A stretch of DNA of 64,000 nt from an uncultured Bacteroidales bacterium (GTDB lineage: Bacteria > Bacteroidota > Bacteroidia > Bacteroidales > VadinHA17), in NCBI GenBank assembly GCA_963791065.1, contig CAWBQN010000020.1, positions 44,347 to 108,346 of the forward strand, written 5' to 3'. Positions 1 through 8,937 of the stretch are shown here, piece after piece; positions within the stretch are counted from its first letter, which is position 1; the number at the start of each line of letters is the position of its first letter. Below the pieces are notes generated by a model that was not told the origin of the DNA, did not search any database, and saw only the letters and a list, made by a program, of their open reading frames with translations. A program made the translations under genes and the position numbers.

Positions 1-1
1 G

Positions 2-232
2 TACATCATCTCGGATGATGGCAGCAGATTGACTATCGAAGGAACTGAACCCGTTGACAATGACGGGATCCATGGGATGAAAGAAGAAGGAAGGAGTTTT
101 CCTTTAGCCAAAGGATATCATAAATTAAAAATTGAATATTTTCAGCGTACAGGCGGTATAGGTCTTGAGTTCCTTGTTGAAGCGCCGGGGAAACCAAAAG
201 AATTTGTTCCAGCCAGCTGGCTATTTTATTAA
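2..232 (+). CDS. C-terminal fragment of a PA14-domain protein (5' end outside window)
   Basis: The frame is open from the window edge (YIISDDGSRLTIEG...). The SDDGSRL..., KLKIEYFQRTGG and GLEF pattern is typical of PA14 beta-barrel domains. Stop codon at 230-232. Confidence 0.55.
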   Translation, partial: YIISDDGSRLTIEGTEPVDNDGIHGMKEEGRSFPLAKGYHKLKIEYFQRTGGIGLEFLVEAPGKPKEFVPASWLFY

Positions 233-334
233 CCGCAAAGCACGCAACCGCTGCCGCTGAATCTCAATATTTTAATACCAAATTTTTCAATATCATAACT
301 TCTTCCATCGTCATACTCATTAACCTCTTTTTTT

Positions 335-440
335 CAAGCCCCTTTTAGGGGGTTGGGGGTAAAAAGATAGAATGAGAAACCTCCTCGGATACAGTCAAGA
401 TGTGTATAAAGATTAGCCTTTAGGGGGTAAGGGGGGCGCG
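335..440. repeat. Two copies of a C4-5/G5 palindromic motif family (ccccttttaggggg-ttgggggtaa; cctttaggggg-taaggggg)
   Basis: The core resembles the arms of the element at 50424-50549 (ccccccttgggggg-tttgggagtaa). Confidence 0.5.
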
Positions 441-459
441 TTAATTGATTTGGATTTTA

Positions 460-1011
460 CTAAACAATCAGTCTGCTTTTGAACGGCAGGAAAGTCATGA
501 AGTCGGCATGATGAACAATATATGCCTCAGTGGTTCTTTTTACCAGATCTCCTTCATGCGCATGAGCCGCTATAATATGACAAACTTCCGGAGGTACTCC
601 GCACTCTTCAGCCAGTGAAACTCCTGAAAAAGGGTGCCTGAGATACTGGCCGTATATTCCCTGTACAGCGATACCGTTTTTATCAAGTTCATATTCAAGC
701 AATTTACCGACATCCGCAAGGATAGCTCCCGAAATCAGTACATCCATATTAACTGAAAGGTCGGCGCCCAAGAACTCATTCATCTTCTCACCGCTTTCCC
801 TGGCAATATGTACTACACATCTTTTATGAGCCATGAAACTTACTTTAAGATCGGGGCCGCATAAGAGCGTAAATGGGATTTTTTCAAGGTCAGCTGCTTT
901 CAGGACACTCCTGGCAAGTGCCGTTTCCCAGGTTTTGGCCGTTTTCTCCCTGAGCGAATCGTCCCCAATCCATTCAAGTTCCGGCCATAGTCGTTTAACT
1001 ACCTCAGTCAT
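460..1011 (-). CDS. HD-superfamily-like phosphohydrolase domain protein
   Basis: 183-aa ORF with an ATG start. It has His/Asp-rich motifs (MAHKRCVVHIA, ILADVGK, AAHAHEGD, VHHADF) resembling HD-domain metal ligands. The canonical HD dipeptide reads AD, so the domain may be degenerate. Confidence 0.45.
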   Translation of the reverse strand: MTEVVKRLWPELEWIGDDSLREKTAKTWETALARSVLKAADLEKIPFTLLCGPDLKVSFMAHKRCVVHIARESGEKMNEFLGADLSVNMDVLISGAILADVGKLLEYELDKNGIAVQGIYGQYLRHPFSGVSLAEECGVPPEVCHIIAAHAHEGDLVKRTTEAYIVHHADFMTFLPFKSRLIV

Positions 1012-1022
1012 AAGTATCTATA

Positions 1023-2219
1023 TTACTTTAATCTGGCTATTATTGCATCAGTCATCTGTGATGTGGAAGCTGCACCATTCTTAATAACTTCAGGTCTTCC
1101 TGTCATTTTCATCATATCATAGGTCCTTACTTTGCCTTCTTCAATGACCTCAGCTACTGCTTTGCGGATTCTGGATGAAATGTTTTTCTCATCAAGATAA
1201 TCAAGCATCATACAGGCTGATTCGATCATCGCAATGGGATTTACAATAGAGACTTCATAGTCCGCATACTTCGGGGCTGAACCATGGGTAGGTTCAAAAA
1301 CTGCTATCCCGTCCGATGAAAACTGGGCACTGCAGGCAAAACCTAAACCACCTATAAGGCCAGCAAAAGCATCAGAAGCAATATCACCGAACATATTACC
1401 TGCCACAATGACACCGTAATCTTCAGGATTTTTTGTTAGCCACATCATTTGCGCATCGATATTCGTATTAAGAAGCTTTATTCCGGGAAAGGGTTTTTCT
1501 GAATTTCTTTAGCCAGCTTCCACATTAATCCGGAAGTTTCTCTGATAACATTAGGCTTTTCACATACTGTAACTGATTTATATCCATTTTCCCTGGCATA
1601 TTCAAAAGCAGCTGCAAGAATCCTGTATGTTGCCTTCCTGGTAAATATTCTTGTGGAAATCGAAAGTTCATCAACCGGTACTTTACCAAAGTTTTGAACA
1701 AATTTCGGATGAGTCATGAAAGCCTGATAAACCTTTGCAGGAGGATTTGTCCACTCAACTCCCGAATACAAACATTCAGTGTTCTGCCGGAAAATTACTG
1801 CATCGACAATTGGTTCATCAATAGTATTTCCTTTCCCTCGCCTGACGAAATTGAGAGGATTGCCTTTATATGACTTGCATGGCCGTGACACAAATATCAA
1901 GATTAAAGAGCTGTCTGAGACCAACAATAGGGCTTGAGTAGGTAAAGCCTTTCCCCTGAAGTTCCGGAGAAAGTTCTGCTTTTGCTTCATCAATAGGTTT
2001 TGAGGTTATTGCTCCAAACAGGGCAATTTTATGTTTTTCAATCAGATCAATAGTTCTTTGCGGTAATGGATTGCCTTCCTTGCACCAGAATTCCCATCCA
2101 ATATCTCCATGAATATAATCAGCATTAAATCCTGCGGCATCAAGTACTCTGATTGCCTGTTCGAGAACAATGGATCCTATCCCATCTCCGGGTAATGTAA
2201 CTATTGTACGTTTTGACAT
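1023..2219 (-). pseudogene. Isocitrate/isopropylmalate dehydrogenase-family enzyme, split by two frameshifts (about 1885 and about 1490)
   Basis: Three consecutive ORFs (1866-2219, 1478-1993, 1023-1448) read as N-terminal, middle and C-terminal parts of one beta-decarboxylating dehydrogenase. The pieces are TLPGDGIG...ALFGAITSKP, then VRPCKSYKGNP...IFRQNTECLYSG, then NMFGDIASD...EPTHGSAPK. The second shift lies in the run aaaaaccctttccc, where both frames encode PFP. Confidence 0.75.
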
Positions 2220-2333
2220 ACGATTTTATTTGGTTTAGCTTATGGCTTACTATTTGTAAAAATAGTCAAATTTTGTTACGACTTAAAGCCTAACTATAAT
2301 TTGGCACTTGCAATAAAAAATGAAAAAAAATAG

Positions 2334-2341
2334 TATTTTTG
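2334..2341 (+). promoter_or_regulatory. Candidate Bacteroidota -7 promoter box (TAttTTTG) for pepD
   Basis: Exact TAnnTTTG match 27 nt upstream of the pepD ATG. No well-spaced -33 TTTG was seen. Confidence 0.3.
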
Positions 2342-2367
2342 CGGCATGTTAGCACATTATTCCAGGT

Positions 2368-3827
2368 ATGAGCATTTTAAGTCAGTTAAATCCGGAACCA
2401 CTCTGGATCTATTTTGAAGAGATATGTAACATTCCGCGTCTGTCAAAGAATGAAGGAAAAATCAGACAATATCTTCTAGAGTTTGCCAAGAAACACAATC
2501 TTGAATCGAAAGAAGATGAAGTTGGGAACATATTGATTGTCAAACCGCCTGCAGACGGAATGGAGAACAGGAAAACAGTGGTTCTTCAGAGCCATATGGA
2601 TATGGTGGGAGAAAAAAATGCAGATTATCCTCATAACTGGAAAACTGATCCAATAATCCCAGCAATCAGGGAAGGATGGGTCACTGCAACAGGAACCACC
2701 CTTGGAGCTGATGATGGAATTGGTATTGCATCGCAGCTGGCGATCCTCTCTGATAAAAACCTGAAAGCTGGAGAAATTGAATGTCTTTTCACGGTAGATG
2801 AAGAATCGGGTATGACAGGTGCTATTAATCTTAAATCTGATTTTTTCACCGGAAGAACACTTCTTAATCTTGATTCTGAAGACGAAGGAATACTTTTTAT
2901 AGGTTGTGCAGGAGGGATGGATACTGTTGGAACAATGAATTATAAGCCGTTCCTGTAAAGGAAAATTCAGTTGCACTTGATATATCAGTTACAGGTCTGC
3001 ATGGTGGTCATTCGGGCGATGAAATTCACAAAGGGTATGGCAATGCAGTAAAAATAATGAACAGAATACTCTGGAATCTTTCGAATGAGTTCAATATTTC
3101 AGTAGCCGATTTCAATGGAGGAAATCTCCGGAATGCAATTCCCCGGGAGGCTTTTTCAACAATTGTATTTGACAAAACAGCAGTTGTTGCGGTAAAAAGC
3201 TGGATAGACAATTTCTACACAACCCTTAAAGACGAATTCGGAGATCTGGAGAAAGATATTAAGATCTCGTGCAAAGGAACTGATATCCCTGCATTTGTGA
3301 TGGATGAGGAGAGTAAGAAAAAGTTTCTTAATGCATTGACCTGTTGTCCCCATGGCGTAATAGCCTGGTCAAAAGATATGGAGGATCTTGTTGAAACATC
3401 AACGAATCTTGCATCAGCAAAATTCAGTGAGAATAATACAATAAGAATAATTACCACCCAGCGAAGTTCTGTAGAATCGGCAAAGATAAATGCAGGTGCA
3501 ATGGTTGAATCATGTCTCAAACTTGCAGGAGCAGAAGTGGTACATTCAAACGGTTACCCCGGATGGAAACCAAATCTGACTTCAGAAATACTTAAGATAA
3601 CCCGTAAATCATACGTTAATCTATTCGGGAAAGAGCCATCAGTGAGGGCAATACATGCTGGTCTGGAATGTGGTCTGGTATATGAAAAAATAAAGGGTAT
3701 TGATATGATATCTTTTGGACCGACAATAAAAGGCGCTCATACTCCTGAAGAGATGATTGAAATCAGAACTGCTCAGATGTTCTGGGATCTCCTTATTGAT
3801 GTGGTGCAAAAGATGCCGGTAAAATAA
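2368..3827 (+). pseudogene. pepD: Aminoacyl-histidine dipeptidase (PepD, M20 family) with one frameshift near 2946
   Basis: ORF 2368-2958 carries HMDMV and GADDGIGIA...FTVDEESGMTGA. The next frame is open from 2946 and continues VPVKENSVALDISVTGLHGGHSGDEIHKGYGNAVK through to 3827. Together they form a full-length PepD. Confidence 0.8.
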
Positions 3828-3859
3828 GGGTTCTCTTCTGAGGAAATCAGAATTACAGG

Positions 3860-4021
3860 TTATTCATACTTTTCAAACTCAGATTTGCCTGCTCCGCATA
3901 CCGGACAGATATAATCATCAGGCAGATCGTTGAATGGCGTACCTGGTGCGATACCTCCGGAAGGATCACCTTCTGCAGGATCATAGATATAGCCGCAAAC
4001 AACGCATTTGTATTTATCCAT
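3860..4021 (-). CDS. Rubredoxin (53 aa; below the ORF-track length cutoff)
   Basis: Hand translation of the reverse strand gives [53 protein letters not shown]. It has two CxxCG knuckles and the conserved YxYDP, GTxF and DDW/Y motifs. The start lies 9 nt after the citF stop. Confidence 0.9.
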   Translation of the reverse strand: MDKYKCVVCGYIYDPAEGDPSGGIAPGTPFNDLPDDYICPVCGAGKSEFEKYE

Positions 4022-4030
4022 AGTGCAGGG

Positions 4031-5587
4031 TTACCTTGTTTTGATTTTCCTTACCACATCGATCACAGTTCCGTCAACCCATTTAATAGCAGCAACGATC
4101 TCATCTTCAAATTCAGGCTTTTTTGGTACTCCGCAAATTTTTTCTGCTTCATCTTTAAGCTCCTTGATAGTTTTAAGAGGAAGTCCGCTGCCTTTTACGC
4201 TTTCAATCAGATCGGTCCTTAAAGGATTAATGGCAATTCCTCTTTCTGTTATTATTACATCAATCAGTTCGCCCGGGCCGCAAAGTGTGGTGACCTCATC
4301 CACTATAACCGGTATCCTGTCGCGAAACAAAGGAATAGGAAGAATTACATTCCTTGCATGAAGGCAATTTTGCCAGCCGCCTATGCCATGAAGAAGATAT
4401 CCGTCTGAATGAGTAACTACGTTGCCGTTAAAATTCAAGTCGACCTCCGTGGCACCAAGGATCATAATATCCATCATACTTGTCAGATTTCCCTTCGAAT
4501 GATAGTTATAGGCATTGAACACAGAGTATGGAACATGATTGATATTATTCTCAATTGACTTCACAGATTCAAGATCAAATACTTGTGCATCAAGTATAAA
4601 GCCCATCTGGCCCTCCTCGAGCATCTTTACCATATATTTTGTACTGCCTCCGAATCCAAATTTCGATTTCCATCCTTTCTTCTTAAGTATCTGATGAACG
4701 AAGACAGCAATTGCCAGCGATGTTCCGCCTGCCCCGGCCTGCATGGTCACTCCATCCTGCAAAATACCTGATTTTTCAAGAAATGAAGCAGTCAATTCTG
4801 CAATCAAAAGTCTGTCAGGGCTTTTTGTAATTTGTGTAGTGCCGCTTACTATTTTTTCGGGTATTCCAATTTTGTCCACAACTACCACATAATCAACATA
4901 ATTTCCTTCTATTTCCATCGGGAAGCATGGAAAATCAATAAGATTATCAGTCACCACAATCACCTTTTCTGCATAAATGGAATCAGCTTTAGCATAACCT
5001 AATACGCCGCAGGCTGATGTACCGCTTGTTCCTTTTGCATTGCCGAACGAATCGGCTGTGGGAGCTGCAAGAACTGCTATATCTATTTTAACCTCGCCAT
5101 CCTGAATGGCCTGGACCCTACCTCCATGTGACCTGAGGACAGCAGTTCCTTTCATTTTGCCTTCTGAGACATATCGTCCAAGCGGTCCGTTCATACTTCC
5201 TTCAATTCTGTTTATGGTACCATTATCAAGATACTTGATTAACGGATCATTGCAGGGAAACGAGGCAGAAGGGAACCAGATCAGATCTTTTACTCCCATT
5301 GAGTAAGCAATTTCAAATACTTTATTGCTGACCAGGTCTCCATCACGAAGATGATGATGTGTTGAAATAGTCATCCCATCCTTTAGTCCGCATTTTCTCA
5401 GAGCTTCCTCAAGTGAACCGAGAACTTTATTGCCGTCACCGGGATAATCGGAACATGTAGGAATCAATGGTGAGTACTTTCTTCCTTCCGGTTTGTGCTT
5501 ACCGACTCCTTTAAAGGGAATAACCGGCTGACCATTGATCTCCATGGGGACAGACCTCCCTGCGGCATTTATCACAGTTTTCATCAT
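4031..5587 (-). CDS. citF: Citrate lyase alpha subunit (citrate CoA-transferase)
   Basis: 518-aa ORF whose length and sequence fit CitF throughout (TISTHHHLRDGD, GSMNGPLG, AGAGGTSLAIA, ATEVDLNFNGNV). It lies directly downstream of citD-citE. Confidence 0.85.
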   Translation of the reverse strand: MMKTVINAAGRSVPMEINGQPVIPFKGVGKHKPEGRKYSPLIPTCSDYPGDGNKVLGSLEEALRKCGLKDGMTISTHHHLRDGDLVSNKVFEIAYSMGVKDLIWFPSASFPCNDPLIKYLDNGTINRIEGSMNGPLGRYVSEGKMKGTAVLRSHGGRVQAIQDGEVKIDIAVLAAPTADSFGNAKGTSGTSACGVLGYAKADSIYAEKVIVVTDNLIDFPCFPMEIEGNYVDYVVVVDKIGIPEKIVSGTTQITKSPDRLLIAELTASFLEKSGILQDGVTMQAGAGGTSLAIAVFVHQILKKKGWKSKFGFGGSTKYMVKMLEEGQMGFILDAQVFDLESVKSIENNINHVPYSVFNAYNYHSKGNLTSMMDIMILGATEVDLNFNGNVVTHSDGYLLHGIGGWQNCLHARNVILPIPLFRDRIPVIVDEVTTLCGPGELIDVIITERGIAINPLRTDLIESVKGSGLPLKTIKELKDEAEKICGVPKKPEFEDEIVAAIKWVDGTVIDVVRKIKTR

Positions 5588-5601
5588 CGTCTCTTTTATG
5601 C

Positions 5602-6831
5602 TTAATTCTCAAAAGGAGGAATTTCCATGAGCCATCCGGTTGATAAAAGCCCCAGTCTGATTGCAAGATCAATAATTTTTTGCGAACGCGCAACCACTGG
5701 TGGATCAATCATTTTTGAACCGAGGGCTACAACACCTGAGCCATTTCGTTTTGCGGTTTCAAATGCCTGAACAATCTTTTTCGACTTTTCAATTTCAGCC
5801 TCATCAGGAGCGAATCCCTGTTTTATGACTTTAATCTGTCGGGGATGAATACAGCCCATACCTTCAAATCCAAGGGATTTTGATGCAAGTACTGTCTGTC
5901 TGAGCGATTCCATATCGGCAACATCAGAAAACACTGAATCAATGGCTTGAATACCGGCAGCCCTGGCAGCAACCACAAGCCGTGTTCTGGCATAAAACGA
6001 TTCCATGCCTTCAGCTGTCCTGGCGACGCCAAGATCAGCTGTATAATCTTCGAGGCCGATTGCGACAGCAACAACATCTTCAGATCCGCTGACAATCGCG
6101 AAAGAGTTCTCAATTCCAAGTGCGCTTTCAATAATTGGCATCAGGAACACCTGGTTATTTAAACTGGTCTTTCTTTTAATTTCCGCTATCTCGTGTTCGA
6201 CCAGTTTGATATAATCTGCATTCTCACATTTTGGTATCAGTATAAGGTTGACATTATGGGGAATAACAAAATGCAGGTCGTCCAAACCTCTTTCCCCCTG
6301 ATTTATTCTTACCATCCTTTCGGCTCCGTAGAAATTTATCTGCCTTAAAGCATTCCTGACCAGTATCCTGGCTTCATCTTTTTTTCCCGGCGCTACAGAA
6401 TCTTCAAGATCAAGAATTATCCCATCAGCCGAGTGGAGCCCTGCATTTATCATAAGTCCCGGATTATTGCCAGGCAAATATAACCTTGAGAAGCGAAATC
6501 TGTCGCGGGTTGTTGAGTACATGTTCTCTTCAGGAAACTCAGGAAGGAACTCAAGATCAGTACTGATCAATTGCTTAACAGCCGATTCCATACGGGCAGC
6601 AATGACAAATGGGAGTGCTCCTGAGTCATTGATCTTTACTTCAGCATGTTTAATTCCAAAAAAATCAAGTTCTTCTGTGATGAGATTATTTATCGAATCA
6701 CCATAAAGAGCTTTGACTTTGGAGGTAAGATCGATTTTAATTTTACCCTCTGTCTTTAATTCCAGAAAAATTTCGCAATCAGATCTGATCTTTGGGCCAG
6801 AGTTACCAGCGACTGCCACATATTTATTCAT
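5602..6831 (-). CDS. citE: Fused citrate lyase acyl-carrier (CitD-like, residues 1 to about 95) and citryl-CoA lyase beta subunit (CitE)
   Basis: The N-terminus (VAVAGNSG...RSDCEIFLE...INDSGALPFVIAARMESAV) resembles CitD. The remainder (RLYLPGNNP..., ILDLEDSVAP, IPKCE, AIGLEDY, GCIHPRQI) is a typical HpcH/CitE lyase. Confidence 0.75.
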   Translation of the reverse strand: MNKYVAVAGNSGPKIRSDCEIFLELKTEGKIKIDLTSKVKALYGDSINNLITEELDFFGIKHAEVKINDSGALPFVIAARMESAVKQLISTDLEFLPEFPEENMYSTTRDRFRFSRLYLPGNNPGLMINAGLHSADGIILDLEDSVAPGKKDEARILVRNALRQINFYGAERMVRINQGERGLDDLHFVIPHNVNLILIPKCENADYIKLVEHEIAEIKRKTSLNNQVFLMPIIESALGIENSFAIVSGSEDVVAVAIGLEDYTADLGVARTAEGMESFYARTRLVVAARAAGIQAIDSVFSDVADMESLRQTVLASKSLGFEGMGCIHPRQIKVIKQGFAPDEAEIEKSKKIVQAFETAKRNGSGVVALGSKMIDPPVVARSQKIIDLAIRLGLLSTGWLMEIPPFEN

Positions 6832-6857
6832 TTTGCCATATGATTGGTAATGTTATA

Positions 6858-6865
6858 CAAACCTA
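6858..6865 (-). promoter_or_regulatory. Candidate -7 promoter box (TAggTTTG on the minus strand) for citDE-citF-rubredoxin
   Basis: The reverse complement reads TAGGTTTG, 27 nt upstream of the citDE ATG at 6831. Confidence 0.35.
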
Positions 6866-6907
6866 GTGATTTTTTCAAACATGTATCACATCAGTCAGTT
6901 AAGAGAT

Positions 6908-7330
6908 TCAAGGCATTTTTCCGGCTGCTTTTTTCTCGCATAGTTCAATCAGAACTCCCGATGTAGCTTTTGGGTGTAAAAATGCGATATCAAGCCCTTC
7001 TGCACCTTTCCGGGGTTTGCAATCAATGAGGGTTATGCCCATGTCGGCGGCATGCAGCAACTGCTCCTCAATTCTTTCAACAGAAAAAGCTATATGATGA
7101 ATACCTTCCCCTTTCTTTTCAATGAATTTTCCTATTGGTCCTTCCGGATCCGTCGATTCGAGGAGTTCTATCTTTGTTTGCCCCACCTTGAAGAAAGCGG
7201 TCCTGACTTTCTGATCGGGTACCTCTTCAATATTATAACACGTCAGGCCTAAAACCTTTTCATAGAAACTTATTGCATCAGCGAGGCAGCTGACAGCGAT
7301 CCCAATATGTTCAATATGTGATGGCTTCAT
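6908..7330 (-). CDS. mce: Methylmalonyl-CoA epimerase (VOC/glyoxalase-fold)
   Basis: 140 aa. IEHIGIAV...KIELLE...GEGIHHIAF...GVLIEL is the classic epimerase pattern. Confidence 0.8.
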   Translation of the reverse strand: MKPSHIEHIGIAVSCLADAISFYEKVLGLTCYNIEEVPDQKVRTAFFKVGQTKIELLESTDPEGPIGKFIEKKGEGIHHIAFSVERIEEQLLHAADMGITLIDCKPRKGAEGLDIAFLHPKATSGVLIELCEKKAAGKMP

Positions 7331-7371
7331 TCGTATAGGAATAAATATGATTACTGATAAATAAAGGGTTG

Positions 7372-8934
7372 TTAAAATGGAAATTCTACGGGTGTTTTAA
7401 TCTCTGACTGTACATTTTCAGGTTTTTTTGCCGCAACATGAACAGGATTCCCATCCACAAAAATTGCTTTATAAGGAGAAGCCGGACAAGCATATTCACA
7501 ATGACCGCAACCTATGCAGATATCTTCGGTAACCTCCGGGATTACAAGGTTGCCTTCATACGGGATCATATGACATGCTTTAGTCGGGCAGGCCTCCGAG
7601 CATGCTCCGCATGCAGTTTTTTCAGTCTTAACAATACAGTTATCTTTTATAAATTTTGCTTTCCCCAGCTGGGTAAGCTTCTTTGCTTCAAGAAGCAGGG
7701 GATGCAATGCATTAGTTGGACAAATCTCAGTGCATTTTGTACAATTATATGTGCAGAAGCTTTTGTGATAATCCATTACAGGCTGCATGATCCCTGCAAG
7801 TCCATATTGCATGTAAGCCGGTTGCAAAACATTATTCGGACAAACATTTATGCACAGGGAACAGGCAATGCAATCCTTGTTAAAATCTGCAATCCCTACT
7901 CCTCCCGGAGGACAAACCGGAAAGGTCCTGTTTTCCTTTACAGTCGATTCTTTTTTAGGTTTTGGTGCTTTTTTGTCCTGACCGCTGGTAACACGTGATA
8001 AGCCAAAGAACAAAAGAAGAGTACCCAGTATCACCTTACGCTTGCTCTCATCAGTTTCATGAACTTTCTTTTTGAACCTTACAAGACCATAAGAAATAGC
8101 ATTATCCTGGCACGTGTGTATGCAGTTGAAGCAGCTGACGCATCTTGAGAGATCGACTTCAGGCTTGAGAAAATCAATGCAGGAAGATTTGCACCTCATC
8201 GAACATCTTCCACACCTGGTGCACGCACCTTCATTAAATTTTATCCTGAAAAGTGAAATTTTTGAGATCAGACCAAGAAGCGTACCTACCGGGCAGAACA
8301 TATTACAATAAAGACGACCTTTAGTCAGTGAAAGACCTTCTATGAGAAGAAAGAATACTGCAGGAATGGAATAAACAATTAGCGGAAATCCTTTAACAGG
8401 AACATTACTAAGGGTATAGATATCAAATTTTCCTAGTATTCCGGCCAGAAAGTTATTTATCACAATAACAACCGGTTTTGCTAAATAGGTCATGAACCTT
8501 GCGAAAATGCTATAGGGATCAAGCAAAGTGATCATATAAACACCCCATATCATTGTAACAATCAGAGTGATTGCGAGAAGCGTATACCGGAGTATAGTGA
8601 ATGGTCTTTTATACCCGTATCTGCGGAACTTTTTCCTTATCCTTCCCCCTATCCTGCTGTTCAGGTCCTGTCCAATTCCAAGCGGACACAGGAATGAACA
8701 GTATGTACGACCTGTTATTAAAGTCAATATCAGAATGAAAACAAAACCGGCTGCAGCTAATGTTTTGAGATCAAAGAACTTCATTACTGAAGGAATGAAC
8801 TGCAAGAACATTAATGTGTTGACGAATTTTGCCGGAATAATTGATTTGAAATCAACAAAGACCAGGATAAAAAAGATAAGAACCAGGGTTGAAAAAACGA
8901 TGCGGATCCTTCTCAGAACAGATGAACTCATCAA
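7372..8934 (-). CDS. Integral-membrane polyferredoxin (NapH/YccM-like N-terminal half plus multiple 4Fe-4S ferredoxin motifs)
   Basis: 520 aa. The N-terminal half has hydrophobic helices with CSFLCPLG and CNMFCPVG motifs. These are followed by CTRCGRCSMRC, CVSCFNCIHTC, a further hydrophobic segment (VILGTLLLFFGLS), then CIACSLCINVCP, CTKCTEICP, CGACSEACP and CIGCGHCEYACP. Confidence 0.75.
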   Translation of the reverse strand: MMSSSVLRRIRIVFSTLVLIFFILVFVDFKSIIPAKFVNTLMFLQFIPSVMKFFDLKTLAAAGFVFILILTLITGRTYCSFLCPLGIGQDLNSRIGGRIRKKFRRYGYKRPFTILRYTLLAITLIVTMIWGVYMITLLDPYSIFARFMTYLAKPVVIVINNFLAGILGKFDIYTLSNVPVKGFPLIVYSIPAVFFLLIEGLSLTKGRLYCNMFCPVGTLLGLISKISLFRIKFNEGACTRCGRCSMRCKSSCIDFLKPEVDLSRCVSCFNCIHTCQDNAISYGLVRFKKKVHETDESKRKVILGTLLLFFGLSRVTSGQDKKAPKPKKESTVKENRTFPVCPPGGVGIADFNKDCIACSLCINVCPNNVLQPAYMQYGLAGIMQPVMDYHKSFCTYNCTKCTEICPTNALHPLLLEAKKLTQLGKAKFIKDNCIVKTEKTACGACSEACPTKACHMIPYEGNLVIPEVTEDICIGCGHCEYACPASPYKAIFVDGNPVHVAAKKPENVQSEIKTPVEFPF

Positions 8935-8937
8935 TAA

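Noticed and set aside
3836-3852. A possible bidirectional terminator between pepD and rubredoxin (ttctga-ggaaa-tcagaa)
   Set aside because: The stem is only 6 bp and AT-rich with no flanking T-run, which is too weak to call.
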